In this document: positions 46,545 through 57,202 of the stretch, piece by piece
How positions within the stretch are numbered: position 1 is the stretch's first letter
Layout: every line of letters begins with the position of its first letter
From: Hymenobacteraceae bacterium
GTDB taxonomy: Bacteria > Bacteroidota > Bacteroidia > Cytophagales > Hymenobacteraceae
Assembly: GCA_022701825.1 (NCBI GenBank)
Contig: JAKONR010000544.1
Coordinates: 1,825-65,824, forward strand
DNA length: 64,000 nucleotides
Direction of reading: 5' to 3'
Translations under genes and position numbers: made by a program
The notes under the pieces: model-generated
The model's database searches: none
Told to the model about the DNA's origin: nothing
What the model saw: the letters and a program-made list of their open reading frames with translations, nothing else

Positions 46545-48185
46545 ATGAAAATACGGCTACTTAAAATGGGGCGTCTACTAGGAATTAGTCTGTTGTTACT
46601 AGCGGCAAGTGAGGTCAAAGCCCAGATAAAGCGCGAGACCCTCGACAAATACGACTCGCTCGACCGCATGCTGAGCCGACCCCTCGTGAACCAGATAGTT
46701 ACCGATGAGGCCTATAAGGCTATGCTCTATAAAAAGCAGGTATCATTAACTGGCCTGGCTGTTTCGACGGGCAAAACGCTCGGTATCAGCTTAACTACTG
46801 ATGACAAAAGCGTAGCCGCCAACGTAGGCATTGTCAATATTCGGCCATTAGGTTTTCTGCGTTTTGGTAGCCCGACCTCCTCCTATAAAAACTTCAATGT
46901 AACACCAATTCTTACCTTTCGCTCAACTTCTGAAAAAGGCTTCGTGTCTGTATTTTCCGATAACCGGCTCCAGACAATTAATAGTTTTGGTGGGTCACTG
47001 CTATTCTTTGGAAGTGGCTATTCGAGTTTCAATGAACGCACGAAGAAAAACCTGCAATGGAAGCTAAATAAACTGCGGGCTGAAGACCGGCAGAAGTGGT
47101 CGGACAGCAAGACACCCTATAACGAGACGAAGTGGCAAACTGAAAAATATCGTCAGTTGGCCGATACCGTAGCACGCTTCGTACTTCGGTGGCGAGCCTT
47201 TCAGCAGTGGCTGGGACCCAACTACGGCAGCTCCAGCCGAGCATATCGCTACTATGAGGAAAATGGCAATCTGACGCCTGAAGAACTAAATGACAGCGAC
47301 GGTGAGCATCTCGCTAGTCTCTACTTTATGGCCGAGCACGATGCGCTGCCGATACTGGACGATAACTGGGATGAGCTTAACCGACCTCAGGAAAGTAAAA
47401 TCATTCATGAATTTGCCCCCAGCCGATCCGGTACAGTCGCCACCATACCATTTGACCAACAGGTAAGGCAATTAGCCGACAGCCTTCGCCAAAATCGTTA
47501 TTTTATTCAAAAAGTTGGTGAGTTACGCTTAGACACGAATGAAAAAACACTAGAAAAGGGCCTAAAGTTGTACGATTCGCTACAGCAAAATGTACCCTGG
47601 GCGCGTAAGATTCGATTCTGGGGTACGGTGACGACTTCGTATAATTCGGTGAAGCAGCCCCTATTTGACGCTGGGGCAAAGTCCAAAACCTATGCTACCG
47701 AATACATCGACCGCTACTGGCAGGTGCAAGCAGCGAGCAACGTCTTAGTGGAAGGTGAGCGGCTCGACCTCTTTCTTTCAGGGGGTGGGGGCGTCAACAA
47801 CGCGCTGGTATTTAAGAGCAGTAACTTAGTAACCTATCAAACTACTGCGCAACGGATAGTTGGCACTGATACCGTCACAACTGTTAGTCAGAAGCAGCTT
47901 TATCCCACGCGGCCAGAGTTTAGGCGGCTGTGGCAGGCGCAGGCGCAGCTAACACTGACTTACCGCAAGAACGTTGGTTTGACAGCCAGTTACGAGGGGC
48001 AGTTTAATGCCAACATCCATGGCCTGCATACGCTAACGATGGGGGTATTTGTACCCGTGAAAGTGGGCAGCACGACTCTGCTGGTGTTGCCACTAGCTCG
48101 CGCCCGAACACTCGACCTCCCCTACCGCTGGAGCTACGGCGTTAGCGTTACGGCGTCGATACCAGGCTTCTCCAACAATAGATAG
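46545..48185 (+). CDS. Hypothetical exported/outer-membrane protein
   Basis: Signal peptide (LLGISLLLLAASEVKAQ); amphipathic beta-strand-like C-terminal third. Confidence 0.65.
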   Translation: MKIRLLKMGRLLGISLLLLAASEVKAQIKRETLDKYDSLDRMLSRPLVNQIVTDEAYKAMLYKKQVSLTGLAVSTGKTLGISLTTDDKSVAANVGIVNIRPLGFLRFGSPTSSYKNFNVTPILTFRSTSEKGFVSVFSDNRLQTINSFGGSLLFFGSGYSSFNERTKKNLQWKLNKLRAEDRQKWSDSKTPYNETKWQTEKYRQLADTVARFVLRWRAFQQWLGPNYGSSSRAYRYYEENGNLTPEELNDSDGEHLASLYFMAEHDALPILDDNWDELNRPQESKIIHEFAPSRSGTVATIPFDQQVRQLADSLRQNRYFIQKVGELRLDTNEKTLEKGLKLYDSLQQNVPWARKIRFWGTVTTSYNSVKQPLFDAGAKSKTYATEYIDRYWQVQAASNVLVEGERLDLFLSGGGGVNNALVFKSSNLVTYQTTAQRIVGTDTVTTVSQKQLYPTRPEFRRLWQAQAQLTLTYRKNVGLTASYEGQFNANIHGLHTLTMGVFVPVKVGSTTLLVLPLARARTLDLPYRWSYGVSVTASIPGFSNNR

Positions 48186-48220
48186 CTGTTCGGCACAAGT
48201 GATTTAATGCCCATAACTGT

Positions 48221-48967
48221 ATGAGAACCTTTTTGCACAGCGGCCTAGGAGCCTTTTTGCTAGTAATGGCAGGAACGCAGGCCAATTGGGCGCAATCGCC
48301 GGACTCGTTGCGTTTGCAGGCGTTTTACCAGGGGGATACCGGTAACTGCGCATCAGTAGCGTTGATAAAGGCAGCCATCAGCCAGTATGGGCTAGGTAAA
48401 GCATTTGACACCCTTCGTACTGGCCCTTCACTCACTGTCAAATTGCGCAGTGGGCAAACGCTTACGCTAACAGATACCGAACGTAGGCAAGCTGGTAAGG
48501 CAGCTTTATTTGTGCGTAACGATAAGTCAAAGCCAAAGCCTGAAGGCAGCGACTTACCAATGGAGGAAGCTACTCCCATTATTCAATACGCCAATCTATG
48601 CTACGCTGTGATGGCGAAGTTTATTGAAGTTTACGGCGAATACGGTTGCCTAAACCGTGACAATACAACGGATGAACCTACTCGTACAGCCAACTTTAGC
48701 GCCGCTTTGGCAACGCTTGCCAATGGGGTTTGCTCCGATAATGTATACCGGCATCTGGGCTTAGCAGTAGAGAACCCAATGCACATAGAATTTTACCCTT
48801 CGCTAGACTTCACCACTAAGCCCGGCGTGTTAGTTTACAGCAAAAAACATGCTGTGGTATTATGGGGGAAATACTTTGACTATCATGGTGATTGGGTAGC
48901 GCGCTCAAAACATGGACACTGCGAAACCACTGGGTTCAAAGCCAAATATTACCTTGTATTGAAGTAA
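48221..48967 (+). CDS. Exported protein with papain/calpain-like Cys motif
   Basis: Signal peptide; FYQGDTGNCASVALIKA and downstream KHAVV...YFD. Confidence 0.55.
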   Translation: MRTFLHSGLGAFLLVMAGTQANWAQSPDSLRLQAFYQGDTGNCASVALIKAAISQYGLGKAFDTLRTGPSLTVKLRSGQTLTLTDTERRQAGKAALFVRNDKSKPKPEGSDLPMEEATPIIQYANLCYAVMAKFIEVYGEYGCLNRDNTTDEPTRTANFSAALATLANGVCSDNVYRHLGLAVENPMHIEFYPSLDFTTKPGVLVYSKKHAVVLWGKYFDYHGDWVARSKHGHCETTGFKAKYYLVLK

Positions 48968-49310
48968 TAGCCCCATGCGCCTTATTTCCGCTGGCTTACT
49001 TCTCTTTCGGCAACGCTCCTACTGCTGTTCCCACTTAGCTGCAGCCAATCACCAAGCATCTTGAGCAGAGTATAGTCGCTTCAACCGCCTCCCCACCCGT
49101 AGCAATAGAGCAACACCACTACTTCTGAGACTAGCTATTCAACAAAGGAGGTTTACATTACCCTAAGTGTTGAATCCGGTGAGACAATACGCGTCAGAGC
49201 TTTCGCTATTCAGCACCCACTCGAGCTGATGAAAGCGGAGTCCGTGTAACGAACGCGTAGCTAGGCGGTATGCACCATGTCCCTTACTGGCCTCGTCTCG
49301 CGCCCTGTTG

Positions 49311-50405
49311 ATGCACAACCTATTACTCATTCTACTCACTAGCCTTACCCTACTGCCAGCGCAGGCACAACCCCCACACGCGCTGCTCCGCTGGCAAAGC
49401 ACAGCCATCGACAGTATCGTGCGGCAAGAGATGCGGCAGCAACACATCGTTGGCCTCTCCCTCGGCCTCATTGTCCAAGGCCGAGTGATGCTCACCAAAG
49501 GGTATGGCCTGGCTAATGTCGAGCAGGGTGTGCCAGCCTCGCCACAGTCAGTTTATAAACTAGGTTCAGTCAGTAAACAGATGGTGGCCACGGCCATCAT
49601 GCTTCTGGTGCAGGAGCAAAAGCTACGCTTAACCGATACGCTGCCCCGATTTTTTCCTGGCGCACCTCTTGCCTGGCACCACATCACCGTTCGCCAACTA
49701 CTCAACCACACCTCGGGCTTGCCGCGGGACTCGCCCGCCTTGGATAACATGAAGCCCCAGCCGGACTCGGTGCTCATCCGGGCCGCCTACCGCAGTCCCC
49801 TCTTGTTTGCCCCCGGAACAGGCTGGCGCTACTGCAACTTAGGCTACTTTATGCTAGCCGACATTATTCGTCAGCGCACAGGGCAATCCTTTGCCAGCTT
49901 TATGCAGGAGCAGGTGTTTAAGAAGTATAATTTGTCTCACACCCGCACTACGAGCTTTTCGGCCCTGATACCGCACCGCGTGGCCGGGTACGCGTACAAG
50001 CCAAGCGAGGGAGTTGTGCACGCGACCGATTACCTAGCGCTCCGTCCCAGTGGGGCTTTCCTTTCGAGTGTGGAGGATATGCTCCGGTGGGAGTTGCTCA
50101 TCCAACAGCAGCAGCTGCTGAGTAAACGCAATTGGGAGCAGATGTGGCGGGATACTGTTCGCACCGATACTAGCGCTCACCCCCCTCATGACTATTACGG
50201 CTATGGCTGGGATGTGGGAAAGTACAGGCAGCAGCTCGTTGTACACCACGATGGCACACTGCCCGGCTTCACAAGCAGTTATTTTCGCTTTCCCGACACG
50301 AATACGGCTATTGTAGTACTCACTAACGCGGATAAAGCCTACCCCAGAACCGTGGCGTTACGCATTGCCGAACTGCTATTTCGAGCGTCCCCAAATGCTA
50401 AGTAA
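49311..50405 (+). CDS. Serine hydrolase (beta-lactamase class C/AmpC-like)
   Basis: GSVSK (SxxK), LLNHTSGL, YCN and HHDGTLPGF; signal peptide. Confidence 0.9.
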   Translation: MHNLLLILLTSLTLLPAQAQPPHALLRWQSTAIDSIVRQEMRQQHIVGLSLGLIVQGRVMLTKGYGLANVEQGVPASPQSVYKLGSVSKQMVATAIMLLVQEQKLRLTDTLPRFFPGAPLAWHHITVRQLLNHTSGLPRDSPALDNMKPQPDSVLIRAAYRSPLLFAPGTGWRYCNLGYFMLADIIRQRTGQSFASFMQEQVFKKYNLSHTRTTSFSALIPHRVAGYAYKPSEGVVHATDYLALRPSGAFLSSVEDMLRWELLIQQQQLLSKRNWEQMWRDTVRTDTSAHPPHDYYGYGWDVGKYRQQLVVHHDGTLPGFTSSYFRFPDTNTAIVVLTNADKAYPRTVALRIAELLFRASPNAK

Positions 50406-50498
50406 TAGCGGTGGTTTCTCAATTTTAAGCGCCCGTTCGGGGCCCGCCAGTCGTTGCAAAGACGGCTATCACCTAGTGATTACAGATTCCTCCTTACC

Positions 50499-51605
50499 CT
50501 ATTTCCCACTCTTATCCTCTCCTGGCACTTTCACCAGCGTAAAGCGCACGGCATGCCTCCCGAGATAGCCGGCAGCCTCCAAATTGCTGGGTGTGGCAGT
50601 GGGTGTGAGCGTCGCCGTAAGCGTGTCGGGTCGCGGCGTTGGCCGGCGCCAGACCACGCGTAGCTGCCGACCCTCGTAAGTATAGTTGCCAAATAAGCGC
50701 CGCTTGGTATCGTTGAACTCAAACACGCAGTCGTGGTCAATGTCCAGGTACACCGTCGTCAGCACGCTGTCCTGGCACGAACGAGCCGTCAGAAGTTTTC
50801 CCCCGAACTGCACATTACGCACAGCATATTTGCCCGTGAGCTGCGGGTAGGTATCCGGGAACTCGTGGCTACTCAGCAGCAGCAGGGGCACATACACCAC
50901 CGATAAGCGGAGCAGTAGACGCACTACAGGCCGGCGGATGGCGAGGCGAGGTAGGTGCGGGGGTGTGCGCAGGAAAACTGTAACCAGCCGCTCATAATCC
51001 AGTCCCAACAGATAGAGCAAGCCCGTAAAGTGAATCATAGCCTGCCAGAATACCCCCGCCGGCAACTGGTAGAAGTAATCGATGAGCAGGATATTGACCA
51101 TTACCGGTAGTAGGGTCAACACCCCGAGCAGCCGCGTGCGATGAAACAGCAGCAGTAACGCTCCTCCGATTTGCAGCGCCCCAATCACGCACCGGTAGGG
51201 ATAGGAGTGGCCGAAGTAGGCCCAGGTCAGGTCTTCACCGGAGAAGCTGCTAAAAGGCAAATCCAGCATGCCCAGCGGCACAAAGAACTGGAGCTTAAAA
51301 AGCTTTTGCCACCCAATTAAAGACAAGTCGAAGGCCACGGCGTAGCGCAGTAGTCCCTGCCAGAAAGCTAGGGTAGACCCATTATCGGTCCGACCTGTTA
51401 GCTGCCGCCCCCAATACAAGCCATAGCTGATGGCCGCCACCAGTACGAGCACAACTCCGGTAAGCAGACCGGCATACGGGGCCCAGGGACCGATAACCCA
51501 CCGGCCGACGCGCAGTAGCACGGCGCCGGTGACTAAGCCAGCCAGGGAGCAGAGAAAGAGTTTAGTGCCCTTACTGGGGCGGGGCGGGTGAGTCGGGGAA
51601 GCCAT
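50499..51605 (-). CDS. DoxX-like integral membrane protein
   Basis: Multiple TM segments; GWQKLFKLQF...LTWAYFGHS...GALQIGGALLLLFHRT...NILLID. Confidence 0.7.
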   Translation of the reverse strand: MASPTHPPRPSKGTKLFLCSLAGLVTGAVLLRVGRWVIGPWAPYAGLLTGVVLVLVAAISYGLYWGRQLTGRTDNGSTLAFWQGLLRYAVAFDLSLIGWQKLFKLQFFVPLGMLDLPFSSFSGEDLTWAYFGHSYPYRCVIGALQIGGALLLLFHRTRLLGVLTLLPVMVNILLIDYFYQLPAGVFWQAMIHFTGLLYLLGLDYERLVTVFLRTPPHLPRLAIRRPVVRLLLRLSVVYVPLLLLSSHEFPDTYPQLTGKYAVRNVQFGGKLLTARSCQDSVLTTVYLDIDHDCVFEFNDTKRRLFGNYTYEGRQLRVVWRRPTPRPDTLTATLTPTATPSNLEAAGYLGRHAVRFTLVKVPGEDKSGK

Positions 51606-51670
51606 ACGGAAAAGAGAAAGGTGAGCGAAAGCCCAAACCTCCTCTGGCCTCGCCCCTACCGCGTTCGGCC

Positions 51671-52876
51671 TTATCCAACCGAACCCATTGGTGGTAGCCA
51701 AGCTCCGCTGGGCGGCGCTGGTAACGGCGCCTTACCAGCCCGCACTTCTTGCACAAACTGACTAGGTGTCAATCCTGTCACCTTCTTGAAGGTGGTGTTA
51801 AACGTGGTCTTGGAGCTAAAGCCCGCCTCGAAGGCGATGCCTACCATGCTCAAGTGCTGGTGCTGGGTGGAGGCGAGCAGCCGATGGGCTTCAGCCACCC
51901 GATAGGCATTGATAAACTGAAAAAAATTAACCCCGAACCCCTCATTAAGTACATACGAAAGCTCGTGGGTCGAGAGCCCCGCCCGCTGCGCCAGAGCCGG
52001 CAGGCTCAGGTCGGCTTCCAGGTATACCTTCTCGGCTTCCAGCATTTGACGTAACCGCTGCTGCCAGTAAGCTACTTGGCTCGGCGACAGGCGTGACTGC
52101 TTGGGACTAGGGGAAGGGGCCAGGTCGGGCGAGTCTTGGTCCTGGGCTTGCTCTTCTTGCCACAACTCCTGAATCTCGGCTCGTACTGGAGCTGAATAAG
52201 CAAATACCTCGGGCTGGCGCAAGGCATAGTGGGCCAGGTAAAACACCGCGCCCAGGTAGCCAGCCGGGGTGAGCGTGAGCACCCAGCCCAGGTGAAAAAA
52301 CAGCTCGTTCAGCCACAGCCCCACTAGCAGTGCCAGGCCCCACAGCACTTGTTTGAGCCACTGCAAGTCGATGGGCTCCGGCTGCGCCGTGAGGTGGAGT
52401 AAGTGGCGCTGATGCCGGCGCAGAGCCAGGTAGGCCGCTAGCCAGTAGCCGATGGCCTGCACCTTGGGCATCGCAAAAACCAGCGCGCGCCCTATCCCAC
52501 TCGGCAGCCATGTAACGCCAGCCGGCCCCAAGCCCAGCAGCGCGGGTAGCAACAGCAGCAAAAACAGCAGCCAGGGCAGAAAATGGAAGCCGTCGCGCCA
52601 TTCTAACGAGCGGTTGGGCGCGGTAAACTGCACCACGCTTAGGTAAAAGGCTGGCGCCATCGCCAGGCGCGTCAACTCCAGCCACCCGGGCAGGCTCGGA
52701 TACTGCGCCACCACCGCCGTGCCAGGCAGCACGCGGCCCAGCAGCACGCACCCCACGCACGCCAAAAAAAGTCCCAGCCACCGATTGGCCAGCTGATTCA
52801 CGCGGAGTGCATTCGTGCTCAGCAGGAAGGCGAGCAGCAGCACGCTACCGCAGGCAAGGGAGTAGAGTAGCGGCAT
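51671..52876 (-). CDS. Membrane-bound AraC-family transcriptional regulator
   Basis: N-terminal TM helices; YLEADLSL...LSYVLN...NFFQFINAYRV...IAFEAGFSSKTTFNTTFKKVTGLTPSQF. Confidence 0.9.
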   Translation of the reverse strand: MPLLYSLACGSVLLLAFLLSTNALRVNQLANRWLGLFLACVGCVLLGRVLPGTAVVAQYPSLPGWLELTRLAMAPAFYLSVVQFTAPNRSLEWRDGFHFLPWLLFLLLLLPALLGLGPAGVTWLPSGIGRALVFAMPKVQAIGYWLAAYLALRRHQRHLLHLTAQPEPIDLQWLKQVLWGLALLVGLWLNELFFHLGWVLTLTPAGYLGAVFYLAHYALRQPEVFAYSAPVRAEIQELWQEEQAQDQDSPDLAPSPSPKQSRLSPSQVAYWQQRLRQMLEAEKVYLEADLSLPALAQRAGLSTHELSYVLNEGFGVNFFQFINAYRVAEAHRLLASTQHQHLSMVGIAFEAGFSSKTTFNTTFKKVTGLTPSQFVQEVRAGKAPLPAPPSGAWLPPMGSVG

Positions 52877-52924
52877 GGAGCACGGGGAGAAGCCTCTTGC
52901 CTGCGAAGATAAAAAGGGGGAGAT

Positions 52925-54082
52925 TTATTGCTCTCTGGCTGCCCCAACCTTCAACTCAGCCGCTTCTGACTTAAGCAGTGCGATGTGATTCGTGGAATCA
53001 AGCTCAATACGTTGCAGCACCATTGCCTTTTGAAAATCTTCCAGGTATAACCGTGAGGTCAGCGTTCGCTCTACGAGTCGTACGCTCAACAAATCACCTA
53101 GCTTCTCTAACTCCGGCTGCATCTGCTTTTGGGCTGGCCCAATTAGCAGCCAGAATGCGGGGGTAAAATCCTCCGGGCGAAGTACCCCAGCTCGGGCCTC
53201 TTGCAGCACCTTCGTTAGCAAGGCAGTAATCACCGGCTCATCCGCTGGAAACGGCTCGTAGCCCTCCCCCAAATAGCGCTTCATATCGGCTAGTAAGGGA
53301 GCCGGTGGCTGCAACACCTGCTGCTTGATGAGCGGAAGGTCATAAAAATGCCCCCCTTTTTTCAACTCCGCTGCTAAATCGAGTCGCACGCTCTCCTCCT
53401 TGCCAGCGAGCGACACGAGGTTAATCTCCCCGCTTCGCAGGTCGTACACACTGGCATATTTAGTGGCGTACTGGCCCTGCTGCCGACAAGCCTGCAGAAT
53501 AGGTAGTCCGTTCTCCAGCGATGGGCGCAGGGTGGGGCTTAGCATCTTTTTGAGCGTCTCGTCTCCGTAGCCAAATCCTCTGGATTGGTGCGACAACTCA
53601 TATTGTAGCTGACCATTGCTGACGTGAATAATGACCGAAGCCCCCGTTTTATCGGCAATGAGCATGGCTCCGGAGGCAAAGCCAGGCTCGGCGTAGCGGT
53701 GATAAAAGGCGATGGCTTCCGGCACCGTTTTACAGGATTCGAGCATGCGCTCGGCCGGGTTTCCCTGGGGCGTTTTCAAATTTGGGGCAGGTACGTAGCT
53801 TCTGTTAGCGCCCGCTACCCAGTCAAACGCCAGTCCGTATTGATTCACACCACCCTGTGCCCAGTCATCATTAAATCCCAGGTACGCACAGCCATAATAG
53901 GTTTTCGTGGCCGGCTGAAACCAGATGCGCGTCGCCGGATTAGAATAATCCTCGTTGTTAAAAAACAGCGTCCGCTTGGCGTCTGACAAGACAAAGATGG
54001 TGCAGGAAAAAGCCGCTTGCACCGGACAAAGCAGCGCAAATACAAGTAACCAAATACGCCTGAAACGGTCCACTATTTTCAT
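52925..54082 (-). CDS. Exported Ntn-hydrolase (C45/C59-like)
   Basis: Signal peptide ending AAFS, then CTIF (N-terminal Cys nucleophile), NNED and GGVNQYGL. Confidence 0.75.
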   Translation of the reverse strand: MKIVDRFRRIWLLVFALLCPVQAAFSCTIFVLSDAKRTLFFNNEDYSNPATRIWFQPATKTYYGCAYLGFNDDWAQGGVNQYGLAFDWVAGANRSYVPAPNLKTPQGNPAERMLESCKTVPEAIAFYHRYAEPGFASGAMLIADKTGASVIIHVSNGQLQYELSHQSRGFGYGDETLKKMLSPTLRPSLENGLPILQACRQQGQYATKYASVYDLRSGEINLVSLAGKEESVRLDLAAELKKGGHFYDLPLIKQQVLQPPAPLLADMKRYLGEGYEPFPADEPVITALLTKVLQEARAGVLRPEDFTPAFWLLIGPAQKQMQPELEKLGDLLSVRLVERTLTSRLYLEDFQKAMVLQRIELDSTNHIALLKSEAAELKVGAAREQ

Positions 54083-54093
54083 AACACTGTAGA

Positions 54094-55056
54094 TTAAATG
54101 GGGTAAGCCGGCCGATGATTCTCCCGGAGCAGGCGTTGCAGCTGTCGCACGCTGCGAAAGCCGCACTGCGCAGCGATGGCTTCCTGCGTCAGAGCGGGAT
54201 TTCGGCGCAGGGTGCTGGCCAACTCCCGGCGTAAAGCGGCCGTGTAGGCGTGAATGCTGATGCCGGTGGCTCTGCGAAAGGTGCGCGTCAGCGTGCGCGG
54301 ACTCATGTTCACCCGTTCAGCTAGGGCTTCGAGCGTGGCTCCGGCTGCTAGGTTGTTCGTCAGCCAGTCTTGCACTTCATGCACGCCCGAATGCAAATGA
54401 TTGCGATAATCCAGGTACACACTCTGCTGGCTATGCCCGGCCCCACGCCGGGTATACACTACTAGCTCGCGGGCCACTTTGGTCGCAAACAGGGGTCCGT
54501 GCCACTCTTCCAGTAGGTACAGTGCTAAGTCGATGCCCGCCGTCACCCCCGCACTGGTATAGACGCCCCCATCCTGCACAAACAGGGTGTCGGCCTGCGC
54601 GAGCACTCGTGGGAAGCGGGCCTGCAACTCGGCAAGCCGCCGCCAGTGCGTCGTGCATTTGCGGCCATCCAAGAGTCCTGCTTCTGCCAATACAAACGCT
54701 CCCGTACAAATCGAGCATAGCCGCACGCCCTTAGCCGACAGCGCCCGCAGCCACGCGAAAAAGGCCGCGCCTTCCCGCCGAAACGCGGCCGACTGCAAAT
54801 AGCTCATCTCCAGGCCCGGCACAAATACCACGTCGTTAGAGGCCACAATCACATCCGTAAACGCCATGAGGGGTCCTAGACTCAACCCCGCCGAGCTGCA
54901 CACGGCCCCCTGATACGAACAGTACGTCAAGCGATACGGCTTACCGTACGTGGCCGCCTCGTAAAACACCTGCACCGGGCCCGTCAGGTCCAGCACGTGC
55001 ACGCTCGGCGGCACGGCAAACACCAGTTGAGGTAGGGAGGTAGAAGCAGTTTCCAT
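54094..55056 (-). CDS. GlxA-family regulator (DJ-1/PfpI + AraC HTH)
   Basis: LDLTGPVQVF, SICTGAFVLAEAGLLDG, TTHW, TSAGVTAGIDL and C-terminal HTH. Confidence 0.92.
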   Translation of the reverse strand: METASTSLPQLVFAVPPSVHVLDLTGPVQVFYEAATYGKPYRLTYCSYQGAVCSSAGLSLGPLMAFTDVIVASNDVVFVPGLEMSYLQSAAFRREGAAFFAWLRALSAKGVRLCSICTGAFVLAEAGLLDGRKCTTHWRRLAELQARFPRVLAQADTLFVQDGGVYTSAGVTAGIDLALYLLEEWHGPLFATKVARELVVYTRRGAGHSQQSVYLDYRNHLHSGVHEVQDWLTNNLAAGATLEALAERVNMSPRTLTRTFRRATGISIHAYTAALRRELASTLRRNPALTQEAIAAQCGFRSVRQLQRLLRENHRPAYPI

Positions 55057-55093
55057 CGCGAAGTCAAAAGTACCTGCCAGCTCCAACCATCTT

Positions 55094-55123
55094 CAGCCAT
55101 TCGCCGGACATTCCCAGCCATTC
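55094..55123. promoter_or_regulatory. Possible operator: three imperfect direct repeats C(A/G)G(C/A)CATTC upstream of the GlxA gene
   Basis: CAGCCATTC at 55094, CGGACATTC at 55105, CAGCCATTC at 55115 (about one helical turn apart). Confidence 0.4.
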
Positions 55124-55274
55124 TCAATTAGACTGCCAGAATCATTACCTACCTAAAAAAAAGGTGTTCATTTGGATAGGATGGAACACCCCAGCCAGGG
55201 TAGGGACAGTGCTTTGTCTTATCGGGCTCGCTTCGCTACTGGAGTCAGCCCCTTTCTCTTTTCTAAGGTAGGCA

Positions 55275-56375
55275 ATGGACAAATTTCTCCGCTTTGTACT
55301 GTATTGGTCACTGCTGGCAGCTGCTCCAGGGTTGGTCGTTGCACAAGGGACCATACCCCCGGTGGGCGATGGCTTGCTAGGCACCTATTACCAGGGCCGC
55401 AATTTTGAACAGTTCCGGCACCGCCGAGTCGATGCCACTATCGACTTTCACCGCCGCCACCAGTCCCCGGCGGAAGGGGTACCAGCCGAAGACTTTTCGG
55501 CCCGCTGGACGGGCTGGTTGCGGGTCCCTACGAGTGGGCACTACGTGCTGTACCTTGACGTGGACGATGGCGCCCGGCTCTGGCTCGACGGTCGCCTCCT
55601 GCTCAATGAGTGGCGCGGCCAATCTATCAGCTCATACTCCGTAGACCTCGACCTGCAAGCGGGCCGCACCTATGCGCTACGTCTGGATTACTGCCAGTAT
55701 GGGGCCGATTCCTATGCGCAGCTCGCCTGGGTGCGGCCCGAACAGTTGGCGCAATTTCAGCGGGCGGCTTCCTGGCGCACGCTGTGGGGCCTAACCGCTG
55801 ACCGACCTATCCGTGCGGTCATTCCAACTCGCTATCTCTTCAGCTACGACCCGGCCCGACAAATCGTATCTGTTCGTCCCGCACCTCAGCCGCGGCGCTC
55901 GCAGTCGCCTACCCCTACAGCAAACCATCCCCTCACCCACCATCGACTACCGGCTCCAGCACGACAGCTAAAAGCCCCTCCTCTTCGGCCAGGACAGCAG
56001 GCGGGTACCCAGTTGGCTGCGCAACTACTACATGGCCAGGCATTGGTCTGCCCCAACTTGTACTTCGCGCAGGGCCAAGACGCTTTGCTACCCGCCGCGC
56101 AGGCTAGCCTGGATACATTGGTAACCCTCTTACGCCAGCAGCCGGGGCTACGGCTGCAAGTGCAAGGGCACACGGACAACCAGGGCGATTCAATTCTTAA
56201 TCGCCAACTCTCATAGCAGCGCGCCGATGCAGTCTGCCGCTACCTCGTAGCGGGTGGGGTCGACAACGGCCGCCTGTAAGCCAAAGGGTATGGTGGCTCC
56301 CGCCCCGTCGCCGATAACCAAGTGGTAGCGCTTCGGGCCCGCAACCGGCGGGTAGTTCTGCAGCCGCTACCTTAA
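55275..56375 (+). pseudogene. PA14 + OmpA-C domain protein, OmpA domain broken by two nonsense codons
   Basis: PA14 (FSARWTG...VDDGARLWLDG); OmpA VQGHTDNQGD...NRQLS*QRADAV...RL*AKGYG...RARNRRV; TAG at 56214-56216 and TAA at 56277-56279. Confidence 0.85.
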
Positions 56376-56541
56376 CCGGACCCCTTCCTGCATAAAACAG
56401 GTTAAGCAGTAGCTACCAAGCCTTCGATTACCTACTTAGTCGGCTTAGTAGCAGCGCCAGCACCGAACCAGGTAGTGATGATTGGTCAGACACCGTCCGA
56501 CTAATTGGTACTGTCGGCAGGGATACGCTGCACGTGCCGCG

Positions 56542-56877
56542 CTACTGTTCCGATGGCTGCTGCGGCCCTACCGCGTCGTAAATCACGACTTTTTCCCAGT
56601 AGCGTGCATACTCCTGCCGAAAGCTATCATGAATTGGATGCTGCTGATAGTCCTGCTCCGCGGCGGCGCTCTCAAAAAAGCACAGCCAGGAGTAAGTATA
56701 GGTACGGTCAATAACGGCACGGTCGGTCTCGGCCGGCGTGCCGATGTGGGATAGCTTGATAGCCGGAATGGCTTGGAGTTGCCGCAGCCCCTCCAGCAGC
56801 TTGGCGCGGTCGTCGTCGCTAGCCGCGGCGGGCAGGTAGAATAAGACGTGGTGCACGAAGACGGTGGACGGGGTCAT
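56542..56877 (-). CDS. Dabb family (stress-responsive A/B barrel) protein
   Basis: FVHHVLFYL...YQQHPIH...WEKVVIYD. Confidence 0.85.
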   Translation of the reverse strand: MTPSTVFVHHVLFYLPAAASDDDRAKLLEGLRQLQAIPAIKLSHIGTPAETDRAVIDRTYTYSWLCFFESAAAEQDYQQHPIHDSFRQEYARYWEKVVIYDAVGPQQPSEQ

Positions 56878-57202
56878 AAGACGAGTTGAATTAGGGCGCA
56901 GGCCGAGTGGCTATGAATTAGAGCAAAGTACGGTGGCCTAGTCTACACCTTTCACTCTTCCTACGCCATAGCAGCCCTTTACCTAGCGCCGTGCACCTTA
57001 CGCACCCAATAGCAATTGACTTGTTGGCCTTCTTCAAACTTGAGCACTTTGACTTAATAAAGCTGGGCCCGGCCAAGGAGTGGATTTTACGCCATTTCCC
57101 AGCAACTAGCAAAAGGGTGCAACCTATCCGCCATTCTCCCAGCTCTCTCGAGGGTAGTTCACTGAGCAATTACCTATGCTTCTCGCGTTAGTTTTCCGGC
57201 GG

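Noticed and set aside
26559-56279. Stop-codon reassignment explaining the in-frame TAG/TAA codons
   Set aside because: Intact genes in the window end in TAA, TAG and TGA normally, and one affected gene also has a frameshift, so decay is simpler.
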